NCBI RefSeq assembly: GCF_000007145.1
Contig: NC_003902.1
Span: 4,913,426 to 4,945,425 of the forward strand
Source of the DNA: Xanthomonas campestris pv. campestris str. ATCC 33913
Lineage (GTDB): Bacteria > Pseudomonadota > Gammaproteobacteria > Xanthomonadales > Xanthomonadaceae
DNA: 32,000 bases
Direction of reading: 5' to 3'
This document shows positions 8,609-17,970 of this stretch, one piece after another. Within the stretch, counting starts at the first letter, position 1; the number at the start of each line of letters is the position of its first letter. The notes under the pieces are model-generated. The model searched no databases and was not told where the DNA came from. It worked only from the letters and a program-made list of their open reading frames with translations. A program made the position numbers and the translations under genes.

Positions 8609-11600
8609 ATGAAGAAGCACCGTACCGTCTCCACCCTGCCCGCGCGCAGCCTGTTGTGCTGCGCCCTGGCCGCCTCGTTGTTTGCCACCACCCCGGCCAT
8701 GGCCCAGTCCAGCAACGCCACGTTGCGCGGCCAGGTCGCCTCCGCGCAGAGCGGCAGCGAAGTCGTCGTCACCAATGTCGCCACCGGCTCGGTGCGACGC
8801 GCGCCGGTCAATGCGAACGGCAACTACACCATCGTCGGTTTGCAACCGGGCACCTACAAGGTGGAATCCAACGGCATCAGCCGTACGGTGACCTTGTCGG
8901 TGGCCTCCAGTGCCACCGTCGATCTGGGTAACGAGACGGCGGCTGCGCCGGCCGGCGATGCGACCACACTGGACACGGTGACCGTCAGCGCACCGATGAT
9001 TCGTGACGTCAAGACCTCGGAAGTGGGTAATACGGTTTCGCTGCGGCAGATTCAGCAGTTGCCGCAGGCCACGCGCAACTTCCTGGAGTTCGCCGACACT
9101 GTGCCGGGCATGGTGTTCACCATCGACCAGGACGGCAACACCAAGTTGCGCGGCGGTGCTTCCAACGCCAGTTCCAGCAATTTGTATATCGACGGTGTGA
9201 GCCAGAAGAGCTACGTCTCCGGTGGCGGTATTGCCGGCCAGGACGAGACTCAGGGCAATCCATTCCCGCAGCTCGCCATCGGCGAGTACAAGGTGATCAC
9301 GTCGAACTACAAGGCCGAGTACGGCCAGATCAGTGGTGCGGCGATCACCGCAGCCACCAAGTCCGGCACCAATGAGTTCCATGGCGAGGCGTTCTATCGC
9401 TTTACCAATCAGGATCTACGTGAGAGACGCCCGGACGAAGAAGACGCCAAGGTCGATTCACAGACCAAGGAATACGGCTTTGCCATCGGCGGCCCGTTGA
9501 TCCAGGACCGGATGCATTTCTTCTTTGCCTACGAAGGCAAGGACAACGTGGCGCCCAAGAGCGTGCAGCCGAGTGCCGAGGCCTCGCCGTTCATTGGCCT
9601 GCTGCCGTCCAATCTTCGCGATCAGTACGGCGCGTCCAACATGCCGTTCACCGAAGACCTGTACTTCGGCAAGATCGACTTCGAGCCGACCGATAACGAT
9701 CGCATCGAACTGGCAACGCAGTACCGTGACGAAACCCAGGTCAGTAATGTCGGCGGCCAGAACGCGCCGGACCGCGCGGTGGACAAGATCAACAAGGACA
9801 AGCGCACCAGCCTGCGCTGGCAGCACAGTGCCGACAGCTGGTTCAACGAAGCCATCCTCACCACCGAGGATTCGCGCAATGTGCCGACGCCGCGCGGTGT
9901 CGGCAACGGCTCGATCTACACCTACATTGATCGCACGCAGGCCGATCCGCGTCAGTGGGTATTTCTCAACACCGGTGCTGCCAGTGGCGAAGACTTCAAG
10001 CTGCGTAGCCAGAAGGGCTGGTCGTTCCAGAACGACCTAACCTTCAATGCGCTGGAGTGGCATGGCGAGCACACCATCAAGACCGGCGTGACCTATCGCG
10101 ACATCAAGCTGACCTCACGCGAGTCCAGTTCGCTCAACCCGCAGTTCAGCTATGAAGTCGGTCAGAACGGTGTTGCGCCGGTTCCCTTCCAGGTGCGCTA
10201 TATCCGTGCATTCGACAATCCCGGTCAGGTGCCGGTGGTCGAGTCGCCGTCCAAGCAGTACGGCATCTACCTGCAGGACGACTGGGCGGTGAACGACAAG
10301 CTGATGCTCAACATCGGCGTGCGTTACGACTATGAAGACACCCCGGCTTACACCGACTTCGTGACCTCGCAGCCGTTCATCAACGCGCTGTATTCGGACG
10401 ACCCCGACAACCCGGGTCAGCCGTGGGCCAACCGCCTGCTGCCCAGCGGTATCAACGTGGCCGATTACATCAGCACCGGCAACAACCGCAAGAACTTCAA
10501 GGACGCCTGGGCACCGCGCTTCGGCTTCTCGTATGACTTCTTCGGCGATGAGAGCGCGGTGCTGCATGGCGGCGCCGGTCGCTCTTACGATCGCAACCTG
10601 TTCGAGCAGCTCGCACTGGAATCGGTCAAGGCTGCGCTTTCGCCGGTGGTGGTGTACTTCAGCGATGCTGCCAGCGGACAGGGCTGCTTCCGCGACGACC
10701 GTGCGTGCACGGCATGGAATCCGGCATATTTCACCGGTATTGATCAGCTCAACACGATCGATGGCACCAGTGACAGCTCCGAGCTTTTCATGTTCAAGAA
10801 CAAGCTCAAGACTCCGTACAGCGATCAGTACAGCATCGGTATCAGCAACCAGGTCGGCGACTGGTTGACCGACGTAACCTTCCAGCGCGTGCTGGCCTAT
10901 GACGGCCTGGTGATGAGCCTGGTCAACCGCTACCCGAATGGTGCGTACTTCGACGCCACCGGCAGCGTGCCCTGGGGCGAGCCGGTGCCGGGCTACCGCA
11001 ATACGATCCTGGGCTACAACGGCCTGGAGCAGCGCAGCAGCCAGGTGTTGCTGTCGGCCGAAAAGCCCTACACCAAGGAATCGGGTTGGGGCTTGAACCT
11101 CTCCTACACCCATACCAGCGCGCGCCAGAACCGCACGATCGACGAGCCATTTGCTTTCGACAAGGCGACCATTCGCGACTACCCGTTCGTGAAGTCGGAT
11201 GCCGTGTCGGCGCATCGTTTCGTTGCGTCCGGCTCGATCGATGGCCCGTGGGGCGTCACCTTCGGTGCAAAGCTGGTGCTGGCCACGCCGGAGCCGATCA
11301 ACACGATCGCCTGCTACGGCTTTACCGATCCGGATGGCGGCACCTGCCAGGCCGTGGGCGTGACCCCGCCGGGCAATGGCAAGTTCCTGCTGGGTGGCAA
11401 GATCTGGGGATATCGCACCGTCGATCTGCAGGCGAACAAGGAGTTCACCGTCGTGGGCGACTTCAAGCTCAACGCACGTATCAACGTGCTGAATGCCTTC
11501 AACTTCAAAAACTTCACCCAATACCAGTACAACAGCTTCGGTAGCGACGGACGCTTGCAGCCTGATATCACCGTGGTCGACAACGGCGAGATCAGCTATG

Positions 11601-11641
11601 TGCCGCGCAGTGTCGTCCTGGAAGTGGGTGCAAAGTTCTGA
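8609..11641 (+). CDS. TonB-dependent outer-membrane receptor (Oar-like), paralogue 2
   Basis: Track ORF 8351..11641. ATG at 8609 gives MKKHRTVSTLPARSLLCCALAASLFATTPAMAQSSNATLRGQV, nearly identical to the N-terminus of paralogue 1. It is preceded by the same CCCCTGGGAGGGGGA SD block. TonB-box-like TTLDTVTVSA is present. The protein ends ...EVGAKF. Confidence 0.92.
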   Translation: MKKHRTVSTLPARSLLCCALAASLFATTPAMAQSSNATLRGQVASAQSGSEVVVTNVATGSVRRAPVNANGNYTIVGLQPGTYKVESNGISRTVTLSVASSATVDLGNETAAAPAGDATTLDTVTVSAPMIRDVKTSEVGNTVSLRQIQQLPQATRNFLEFADTVPGMVFTIDQDGNTKLRGGASNASSSNLYIDGVSQKSYVSGGGIAGQDETQGNPFPQLAIGEYKVITSNYKAEYGQISGAAITAATKSGTNEFHGEAFYRFTNQDLRERRPDEEDAKVDSQTKEYGFAIGGPLIQDRMHFFFAYEGKDNVAPKSVQPSAEASPFIGLLPSNLRDQYGASNMPFTEDLYFGKIDFEPTDNDRIELATQYRDETQVSNVGGQNAPDRAVDKINKDKRTSLRWQHSADSWFNEAILTTEDSRNVPTPRGVGNGSIYTYIDRTQADPRQWVFLNTGAASGEDFKLRSQKGWSFQNDLTFNALEWHGEHTIKTGVTYRDIKLTSRESSSLNPQFSYEVGQNGVAPVPFQVRYIRAFDNPGQVPVVESPSKQYGIYLQDDWAVNDKLMLNIGVRYDYEDTPAYTDFVTSQPFINALYSDDPDNPGQPWANRLLPSGINVADYISTGNNRKNFKDAWAPRFGFSYDFFGDESAVLHGGAGRSYDRNLFEQLALESVKAALSPVVVYFSDAASGQGCFRDDRACTAWNPAYFTGIDQLNTIDGTSDSSELFMFKNKLKTPYSDQYSIGISNQVGDWLTDVTFQRVLAYDGLVMSLVNRYPNGAYFDATGSVPWGEPVPGYRNTILGYNGLEQRSSQVLLSAEKPYTKESGWGLNLSYTHTSARQNRTIDEPFAFDKATIRDYPFVKSDAVSAHRFVASGSIDGPWGVTFGAKLVLATPEPINTIACYGFTDPDGGTCQAVGVTPPGNGKFLLGGKIWGYRTVDLQANKEFTVVGDFKLNARINVLNAFNFKNFTQYQYNSFGSDGRLQPDITVVDNGEISYVPRSVVLEVGAKF

Positions 11642-11684
11642 TGCAGTGCACATCCATGTGCACGCTGTCGGCGTGTGCATGATC

Positions 11685-11710
11685 CGAACGGGGCCGCTTG
11701 GCCCCGTTCG
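11685..11710 (+). terminator. 11-bp stem hairpin downstream of receptor 2 (terminator-like)
   Basis: CGAACGGGGCC-gctt-GGCCCCGTTCG, followed by a weakly T-containing stretch (cctatccgcggtttcctctttcg). It lies between the receptor stop and the preferred halogenase start. Confidence 0.45.
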
Positions 11711-11751
11711 CCTATCCGCGGTTTCCTCTTTCGTGCAGGATCGAACGCATC

Positions 11752-13272
11752 ATGATCCCCGCTCCACTCCGCAACATCGTCATCGTCGGCGGCGGAACCG
11801 CCGGCTGGATGGCGGCCGCCGCGTTCGCCCGCGTGCTTGGTCCCAGCTTCAATGTGCAGCTGATCGAATCCGAGCAGCTCGGCACCATTGGCGTCGGCGA
11901 AGCCACCGTGCCGCACATCAAGGCCTTCAACAATCTGCTCGGCATCGATGAAGCCGAGTTCGTGCGCCAGACCCAGGGCAGCTTCAAGCTCGGCATCGAG
12001 TTCATCGACTGGCAACGGCCGGGCACCTCGTATATCCACGGCTTCGGCACCCAGATCGGCCATCCGCTCGGGCTGCTGCCGTTTCATCAGTACTGGATCA
12101 AGCAACAGCGGCGCGGCAAGGCGCAACCATTGGGTGCCTACACGCTCAATACCGTTGCCGCCACGCGCGGCAAGTTCATGACCTCCGCCGGCGATGTGCC
12201 AGCCAATTCGCCGCTGGCCAACATCGCCTACGCGTATCACTTCGATGCCAGCCAGTACGCGCGCTTTCTGCGCGGCTACGCCGAGCAGCGCGGGGTCACG
12301 CGTCTTGAGGGCTTGATCGAACAGGTGCAGCTGGATGCGCACACCGGCCACGTGCAATCGGTGCAACTGGCTTCCGGGCAGGTGGTCAGTGGCGACTTGT
12401 TTATCGACTGCTCCGGCTTCCGCGGTCTGTTGATCGAAGAGGCGCTGCACACCGGCTACCACGACTTCACCCATTGGCTGCCGTGTGACCGCGCACTGGC
12501 CGTGCCCTGCGAAAAGGTCGGCCCGCCCACACCCTACACGCGCTCCACCGCGCGCGCCGCCGGCTGGCAATGGCGCATTCCGTTGCAGCACCGCACCGGC
12601 AATGGCTACGTGTATTCGAGTGCACACGTCAGCGACGACGAAGCCGCCGCCACGCTGCTGGCCAATCTGGATGGCACACCGCTGGCCGACCCGCGCCCGC
12701 TGCGTTTCACCACCGGGCGACGCAAGCAGTTCTGGAACCGCAACGTCGTGGCGTTGGGCTTGGCCAGCGGCTTTCTGGAGCCGCTGGAATCGACCAGCAT
12801 CCATCTGATCCAGTCCGGCATTTCCAAGCTGCTGGAGCTGTTCCCACGCGAGAGCATCAGCCCGGTGCTGGTGCAGCGCTACAACGACCGGCTGGCCTTC
12901 GAGTTCGACCGCATCCGCGATTTCCTGGTGCTGCATTACCACGCCACCGAACGCGACAACAGCGCGTTCTGGCGCCACTGCCGCACGCAGCCGATCACCC
13001 CGGAGCTGCAGGCCACGCTGGACCTGTTCCGCGACAGCGGGCGCTTCTACCGCAATGCCGAAGAGATGTTTGCCGAAATCAGCTGGGTGCAGGTGATGGT
13101 GGGCCAGGGCATCCTGCCGCAGGGCTATCACCCGCTGGTGGACCAGGTGCCGGACACCGACGCCGAAGGCTTCCTGGCCAGCGTGGCGCAGACCATCAGC
13201 CATTGCGTGGACGTCATGCCGACCCACCAGCAATTCATCGACCGCTATTGCCGCGCTGATCGGGTGCGGTGA
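11752..13272 (+). CDS. flavin-dependent (tryptophan-type) halogenase family protein
   Basis: Track ORF 11698..13272. ATG at 11752 gives MIPAPLRNIVIVGGGTAGWMAA, the GxGxxG FAD fold. GVGEATVPHIKAF contains the conserved Lys region. GWQWRIPLQHRTGNGYVY is the WxWxIP signature that separates halogenases from monooxygenases. The upstream alternative start would overlap the hairpin at 11685-11710. Confidence 0.85.
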   Translation: MIPAPLRNIVIVGGGTAGWMAAAAFARVLGPSFNVQLIESEQLGTIGVGEATVPHIKAFNNLLGIDEAEFVRQTQGSFKLGIEFIDWQRPGTSYIHGFGTQIGHPLGLLPFHQYWIKQQRRGKAQPLGAYTLNTVAATRGKFMTSAGDVPANSPLANIAYAYHFDASQYARFLRGYAEQRGVTRLEGLIEQVQLDAHTGHVQSVQLASGQVVSGDLFIDCSGFRGLLIEEALHTGYHDFTHWLPCDRALAVPCEKVGPPTPYTRSTARAAGWQWRIPLQHRTGNGYVYSSAHVSDDEAAATLLANLDGTPLADPRPLRFTTGRRKQFWNRNVVALGLASGFLEPLESTSIHLIQSGISKLLELFPRESISPVLVQRYNDRLAFEFDRIRDFLVLHYHATERDNSAFWRHCRTQPITPELQATLDLFRDSGRFYRNAEEMFAEISWVQVMVGQGILPQGYHPLVDQVPDTDAEGFLASVAQTISHCVDVMPTHQQFIDRYCRADRVR

Positions 13273-13711
13273 GTGCGCGGTGGCAAACCTGGCCCAGCCA
13301 AGGCCAGCGTTGCCGCCGCGAGGGGCTCACGCTGCGCCCGCGGCGGCGTGGAGCAAGGCAATGGGGATCACCGTGTGGTGCGACCAACCTGCATGGGGCT
13401 GGGCGTTGCCGCGCAGCGGCGCGCCGTGATGGGCGTTGGGCGCCAGGCGGGCGGGCGGGCAGGCGGTGGGTCAGTGCGTGCCTTACGGGTTGCGATGCCG
13501 TTACGCGCGCCACCGATGTCGACGACACGGCGTGGTGCACCCACAGCAGCTCCGGCCCGTGCAGGCTTGAGACCATCCCGAAGCTGCACCACGCCCGGCA
13601 TGGCTTGCCGCCAGCGAGCAGCGCGGCGTGGGCGTACCCAAGGCGCGATGATTTGGGCGGCAGTTCCCACGTGGCCTGGCTCGATGGCTGGCGGCCGCCC
13701 GGCCACCGGTC

Positions 13712-13742
13712 AAAAAAAAGGATCGGGCACAAGGCCCGATCC
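13712..13742 (-). terminator. strong rho-independent terminator (minus strand)
   Basis: The minus strand reads GGATCGGGC-cttgt-GCCCGATCC followed by TTTTTTTT. That is a 9-bp GC-rich stem, a 5-nt loop and an 8-U tract. Confidence 0.85.
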
Positions 13743-13746
13743 CTTC

Positions 13747-13767
13747 AAAAACCGGGACAAGCCCGGT
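13747..13767 (-). terminator. second, smaller hairpin plus U-run immediately upstream of the main terminator (minus strand)
   Basis: The minus strand reads (A)CCGGG-cttgt-CCCGG(T)TTTT. The loop sequence CTTGT is the same as in the main terminator. Confidence 0.5.
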
Positions 13768-13810
13768 GGACAATGCGTGGCACAACTTCCGACTGACATC
13801 GGACGCCGGC

Positions 13811-13839
13811 ATCGTACGTCGACTTTAACGTTAAAGCAA
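13811..13839 (-). promoter_or_regulatory. putative sigma70 promoter overlapped by a perfect 14-bp palindrome
   Basis: Minus strand: -35 TTGCTT (13839..13834), a 17-nt spacer, -10 TACGAT (13816..13811). The palindrome CTTTAACGTTAAAG (13823..13836) covers the spacer and the -35 edge. A second palindrome, CTTTAAAG, lies at 13842..13849. Confidence 0.3.
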
Positions 13840-13903
13840 CACTTTAAAGATGGGCGCCTAACTATTTGATTTTGCTGGGCACCAAATGTACCGCGCGGCA
13901 GCC

Positions 13904-14635
13904 TCAATCCCGGTGCTGCACCACGGCCGCGCGGATTTCGGCCTGGATGGCGGCGGCGGCGGCGGCGGGGTCGTTGGCCAGGCGGATCGGGCGGCCGACC
14001 ACAATGGCATCTGCGCCATCGGCGAAGGCCTGCGCCACGCCCACGGTGCGCTGCTGGTCATCGCCGACCGGGCCGCCGGGGCGGATACCGGGGCAGACGA
14101 TCGAAAAGGCCGGGCCGGTGGCGCGGCGGATCATGCCCGCTTCCTGGCCCGAGGCGATCACCCCGTCGATGCCAGCGGCTTGGGCGGCCAGCGCGCGCTC
14201 CACCACCACGTCCACCGGCTCGCGGTCGATGCCCATCGCGGCCAAGTCCGGCCGGCCCATTGAGGTCAGCACGGTCACTGCGAGCAGGCGCATGTCGCCC
14301 TGGTTGGCCGCAGCGGCGGCTTCCAGCATGCCGGCGTGCCAGCCGTGCACGGTGCAATAGCTCACCGGCCATTGCGACAGGCGGCGAATGGTGCCGGCGA
14401 CGGTGGCGGGAATGTCGAAGAACTTCAGGTCGACGAACACGCGCTTGTTGCGCTTGGCCAGCGCATCGAGCACGTGGAAGTACTCGCCCGACGCCAGCAA
14501 TTCCATGCCGATCTTGTAGAACGCCACCGACTCGCCCAAACGGTCCACCCAGGCGATGGCCTCGTCATGGCCGGGCACATCCAGCGCAAAGATCAGCCGA
14601 TCGTGCGCGGCCAGCGGTAACGGGGGACGGTTCAT
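13904..14635 (-). CDS. pyrF: orotidine 5'-phosphate decarboxylase
   Basis: This is the C-terminal part of track ORF 13904..14899. ATG at 14635 gives [47 protein letters not shown]...[14 protein letters not shown]...IVVGRPI, which are canonical PyrF motifs. 243 aa. Confidence 0.93.
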   Translation of the reverse strand: MNRPPLPLAAHDRLIFALDVPGHDEAIAWVDRLGESVAFYKIGMELLASGEYFHVLDALAKRNKRVFVDLKFFDIPATVAGTIRRLSQWPVSYCTVHGWHAGMLEAAAAANQGDMRLLAVTVLTSMGRPDLAAMGIDREPVDVVVERALAAQAAGIDGVIASGQEAGMIRRATGPAFSIVCPGIRPGGPVGDDQQRTVGVAQAFADGADAIVVGRPIRLANDPAAAAAAIQAEIRAAVVQHRD

Positions 14636-15579
14636 CGTGCGAGCTCCAGTGCGGCGCGCTTGGCGCCGTGGCGGGTCTGCCAGGGTTGCGAATAATCGTT
14701 GTTGAACTGGGCCGGCTCCCAGCCACCGTAGCTGGGGTTGGGCAGCATCCACCAGCGCTCGCCGAACCAGTCGTGGTACTGCTGCAACAGCGCGCCGCGG
14801 GCAGTGCCGGTGTTGGCGGTGACCTGCACGAAGTCGCCGAGCTGGTCGCCGAACTGCATCAGCACGCGGTACTTCTCGCCGGCCAGGCGGCGGCGGCAAT
14901 TCTTTTCGCTGCCATTCTGCTCGCAGCCGGGCACCACCGTGCCCAGGCCCAGGAAGACGCTGTCATCGGCCACCGGCAGCCCGGCGCTGCGCAGGTTGGC
15001 CAAGGTGGCGTCCTTGAGGTGCACGGCGCGGTTGGAGATGTAGATCAGGGTGATGCCGCGGGCGTTGGCCGCCTTGGCGAAATCGACCACGCCCGGGATC
15101 GGTTTGGCCTTCTTTTCGGCCACCCACTGGTCCCAGCTCAGTTCGTCGTACTCCTTGCCATCGCGCACCAGGCGCGCCTGGTACGGCGAGTTGTCCAGCA
15201 CGGTCTCGTCCACATCCAGCACCACCGCCGGCTTCAGGCCGGTGGCGGCATTGCCGCGTTCTTCGGGCACCAGCGCGTCCCAGTTGGGCTGCTTGAGGGC
15301 GGCGTCGAGAGTCTCGGCTGCGGCGCGGTAGGTCTGCTCGGCCACGGCGCGGTATTCCTCCGAACGCTGCATCCACAGCACCGCATTGAGGTTGTCATCG
15401 CCGGCAAGCGCGCCGGCTGTTGCCGCCGGCTTGCCCGCAGCAGCGCTGGCGGCGGCATTGGCAGACACGGCAGCGGCTTGCGCGCGCTGCGCCGTCTCTT
15501 CATGAGTGGGCTTGCAGGCCGCCAGCGCCAGCACGGCGCAGGCAAGCAGGGACATCGGTGCGTGAAGCGAGGGGCGCAT
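14632..15579 (-). CDS. class C acid phosphatase / 5'-nucleotidase, lipoprotein e(P4) family (HAD superfamily)
   Basis: Track ORF 14632..15726. ATG at 15579 gives [24 protein letters not shown], a signal peptide plus lipobox LAAC. The motif [16 protein letters not shown] is the DDDD-type e(P4) signature. ITLIYISNR is also present. An alternative start lies at 15555. The stop TGA overlaps the pyrF ATG (ATGA). Confidence 0.85.
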   Translation of the reverse strand: MRPSLHAPMSLLACAVLALAACKPTHEETAQRAQAAAVSANAAASAAAGKPAATAGALAGDDNLNAVLWMQRSEEYRAVAEQTYRAAAETLDAALKQPNWDALVPEERGNAATGLKPAVVLDVDETVLDNSPYQARLVRDGKEYDELSWDQWVAEKKAKPIPGVVDFAKAANARGITLIYISNRAVHLKDATLANLRSAGLPVADDSVFLGLGTVVPGCEQNGSEKNCRRRLAGEKYRVLMQFGDQLGDFVQVTANTGTARGALLQQYHDWFGERWWMLPNPSYGGWEPAQFNNDYSQPWQTRHGAKRAALELAR

Positions 15580-15952
15580 GGCATCCACCAGGACAGGAAC
15601 GGCAATGAAGCGCGCAATTTTAGCCGGTTCGCGTGGTGGCGCCCTGCTCCGCGGCCGCCGCGTGCGCGCCCCCCCCGTGTCGGGTGGGTCTTGCGTGCGG
15701 GTGGCGAGGCGGTTTCTCGCTTTCAACCACGGTGCGCCTGGTTTGCATGCGGCCCGCAGCGTGCGCTGGCCTTCTGCCGTCTCCCGCTATCTATGCGCAC
15801 ATAGACGCTGCGTGGCGCACGCACAGCGGCGGCTGACGCAACCACGGCGCACCGTACGGCCCTGCAAGGCGGCAGCGTCGCGGCGAACGAGGCGCAGAAC
15901 GCCGGCACGGGATCGGCATATCCTTGCGGGCTGATCGCCCAGGAGTCGCCGC

Positions 15953-16621
15953 ATGACAGAGACATTGCCCACGCCCGTTCTCGATACCGCCCAGGCCCGC
16001 GTGCTCGGCTGCCTGATCGAGAAGGAAGCGACCACACCGGACGCCTACCCCCTCACCGTCAACGCCGCCCAGGTGGCCGCTAACCAGAAGACCGCGCGCG
16101 AGCCGGTGCTCACCCTGCAGACCGGCAAGGTGCATCACGCGCTGCGCCAGCTGGAAACCCTGGGCCTGGTGCGCCAGCAGTTTTCCTCGCGGGCCGAGCG
16201 CTACGAACACAGGCTGGGCAGCGCACTGGACCTGACCCGGCAACAGGTCGCGGTCATCGGCCTGCTGCTGTTGCGTGGCCCGCAGACGCTGGGCGAGCTG
16301 TTTGCGCGTAGCGAGCGGCTGGCCCGCTTCAACGACAGCGACGATGTGCGCCATCACCTGGAACGGCTGATCCAGCGAGGCCTGGCCGTGCAGCTGCCGC
16401 GCGCCAGTGGCCAGCGCGAAGACCGCTACGCGCATCTGCTCAGCGGCGAGCTGGATCTGGATGCGCTGCAGGCCGCCGCCGCACGTGCGGCACCGAGCGC
16501 CCGCAGCGGCGCCGACAGCAGCGAGCTGGAAGCCCGCGTGCTCAGCCTGGAAACCACCGTGGCCGAGCTGCAGGACGCGCTGAGCGCGCTACAGGCACGC
16601 CTGGATGCGGCTGGCGCCTGA
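15953..16621 (+). CDS. yceH: YceH-family protein (DUF480 / UPF0502)
   Basis: 222 aa. The protein aligns by eye with E. coli YceH over its length. Examples are [74 protein letters not shown], and a C-terminal coiled segment [19 protein letters not shown]. Confidence 0.88.
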   Translation: MTETLPTPVLDTAQARVLGCLIEKEATTPDAYPLTVNAAQVAANQKTAREPVLTLQTGKVHHALRQLETLGLVRQQFSSRAERYEHRLGSALDLTRQQVAVIGLLLLRGPQTLGELFARSERLARFNDSDDVRHHLERLIQRGLAVQLPRASGQREDRYAHLLSGELDLDALQAAAARAAPSARSGADSSELEARVLSLETTVAELQDALSALQARLDAAGA

Positions 16622-16885
16622 GCGCAGGTTTGCGTGTGGCTGGTCTTATGGTGGCCTAGGAGCGAGTTGCGGGCTTAGCTGGCGACAGCTTGATTGAAAT
16701 ACAGCCCTGGCCGTTTGCAGGCCCGCCTGCCGCCTGAGGATAACTGGCGGCATTGCGCACATTCGGACCAGCCCGCAGCAGGCAGCCAAACTGCTTGCCG
16801 CGCTCCAGCCGGCCCGCGCGACGGAGTGCCAGCGGGGCGTTGTGGCCGCCGCGCCGTGCCAAGCCGCTACCCGCAGAACACGCCC

Positions 16886-17920
16886 TCAAGTCGGCGTATC
16901 CACCTCGTCCCAGGCTGCATCTTCGAAATGCAGCAGCCAGTTGAGCGCGTAGTGCCGCTCGTAGACCACGCCGGGCACGACGCCGGCGGGCACCGGCTGC
17001 TTGGACTGCCCGGCCTGGCGCACTGCCCAATGCAGGCGCAGGTGCCGGTCCAGCGCATCCAGCAGCTCCGGCAGCGGGCGCAATACCAGCACCGGCGGCG
17101 TGTGCGCCTCGGCGTGCTCCAGCGCGCGCCGGGCCACGCCCGGCACATCGCACAGATCGGTTGGCAGAGGCAGCGTGTCGGTCATGCCCGCCGCCCATTG
17201 CAGCGTCGCCAGGCTTTCGTAGCGCCAGCCGAAGTTGGCCAGCTGCTGCGGATCCGGTTGCGTTTGCTCGAAAAATTCCAGCTCCTGCGGTGACAGCGCG
17301 GCCGCCAAGCCCGGCAGCCGCGCGCCCATCTCGGCAAGCGACGGCGGTGGATCGCCTGCGGCGAGGATCTCTGCACGCAGCGCCACCGCAAACAGCGCGC
17401 GCATGCGCTCGGCCACGGCTGTGGCATCGCGCACCCGGGCTTCGGCCTCACCGGGCACCGGTGGCAGGCTGGGCGGCACGCGGATGCCCAGCGCGGCCAA
17501 CTGATCCTGCTGCCGCGCGCGGCGCTCCAGCGCGTCCGGTGGATACGGCACCTGCGCATCGTCGTCGAGCGGCGGCTCGCCCTGGCTCAGCAGCACGTGC
17601 CCGTGCGGGTCGCGCACGCTGCCATCGGCCAGGAAGCACACCGCGTTGGCCTGCTCGGCCCACTTGGCCAACGCACCGAAGGCGGCATCGTCCACCTCGA
17701 AGGTGAACTGCTGGCGCACCCGCTGCACGTGGCGCATCAGGTGGTAGCGCGCCTGCGTCATCTGGCCATCGCCGGCCTGGCTCACATAGCCGACAAACCC
17801 GTGCAGATGGTTGGTCAACTCCGGGTCGGTGTGGTCGCGGTGCTGCACCGCAGCCTGCGGCAGAAAATCCGGCCACACGGGATCGCGCAGCGTGGAATAG
17901 GCATTGACCAACAACGGCAT
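16886..17920 (-). CDS. hypothetical protein (C-terminal region reminiscent of DUF4272; assignment from memory only)
   Basis: Track ORF 16886..17941 (TTG). The ATG at 17920 is preceded by AAGGA at a 7-nt spacing and gives MPLLVNAYSTLRDP.... The composition looks coding and non-shadow (D/E/Q/L-rich, ends ...YERHYALNWLLHFEDAAWDEVDTPT). No catalytic motif recognised. Confidence 0.65.
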   Translation of the reverse strand: MPLLVNAYSTLRDPVWPDFLPQAAVQHRDHTDPELTNHLHGFVGYVSQAGDGQMTQARYHLMRHVQRVRQQFTFEVDDAAFGALAKWAEQANAVCFLADGSVRDPHGHVLLSQGEPPLDDDAQVPYPPDALERRARQQDQLAALGIRVPPSLPPVPGEAEARVRDATAVAERMRALFAVALRAEILAAGDPPPSLAEMGARLPGLAAALSPQELEFFEQTQPDPQQLANFGWRYESLATLQWAAGMTDTLPLPTDLCDVPGVARRALEHAEAHTPPVLVLRPLPELLDALDRHLRLHWAVRQAGQSKQPVPAGVVPGVVYERHYALNWLLHFEDAAWDEVDTPT

Positions 17921-17970
17921 GACGCGTCCTTTGGGCGGCAAGACAGGCCGGCAGCGTGCCGCAGGCCAGC

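Larger units (their letters stand above)
13712..13804 (-). ncRNA. candidate ~90-nt small RNA, or processed 3'UTR of pyrF, ending at the tandem terminators
   Basis: A sigma70-like promoter (TTGCTT-17 nt-TACGAT) on the minus strand at 13839..13811 would start transcription near 13804. The transcript contains two hairpins with identical CUUGU loops and ends in a U8 tract. No credible ORF is present. No known RNA family recognised. Confidence 0.3.

Noticed and set aside
11646-11663. GTGCACAT-CC-ATGTGCAC palindrome just after the receptor 2 stop
   Set aside because: A 2-nt loop makes an RNA hairpin implausible. There is no second copy or obvious associated promoter. It is recorded as curiosity only.
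11596-13233. 545-aa minus-strand ORF opposite the halogenase gene
   Set aside because: It is a shadow ORF. The + strand product carries the GxGxxG and WxWxIP motifs.
13501-13812. 103-aa minus-strand ORF starting at the putative sRNA region, and 13710..13907 - (65 aa)
   Set aside because: The first reads straight through both terminator hairpins and the U8 tract. The second covers the AT-rich promoter patch. Neither has plausible composition or a ribosome-binding site.
14260-15804. 514-aa + ORF across pyrF and the phosphatase. Similar long ORFs are 15791..16435 -, 19805..20989 +, 26033..27322 -, 27588..28859 - and 28061..29467 +
   Set aside because: All are antisense or out of frame relative to genes with clear family motifs (pyrF, e(P4), yceH, rep, the kinase, opgD and the secreted hypothetical gene), and have Arg/Gly/Ala-rich junk composition.
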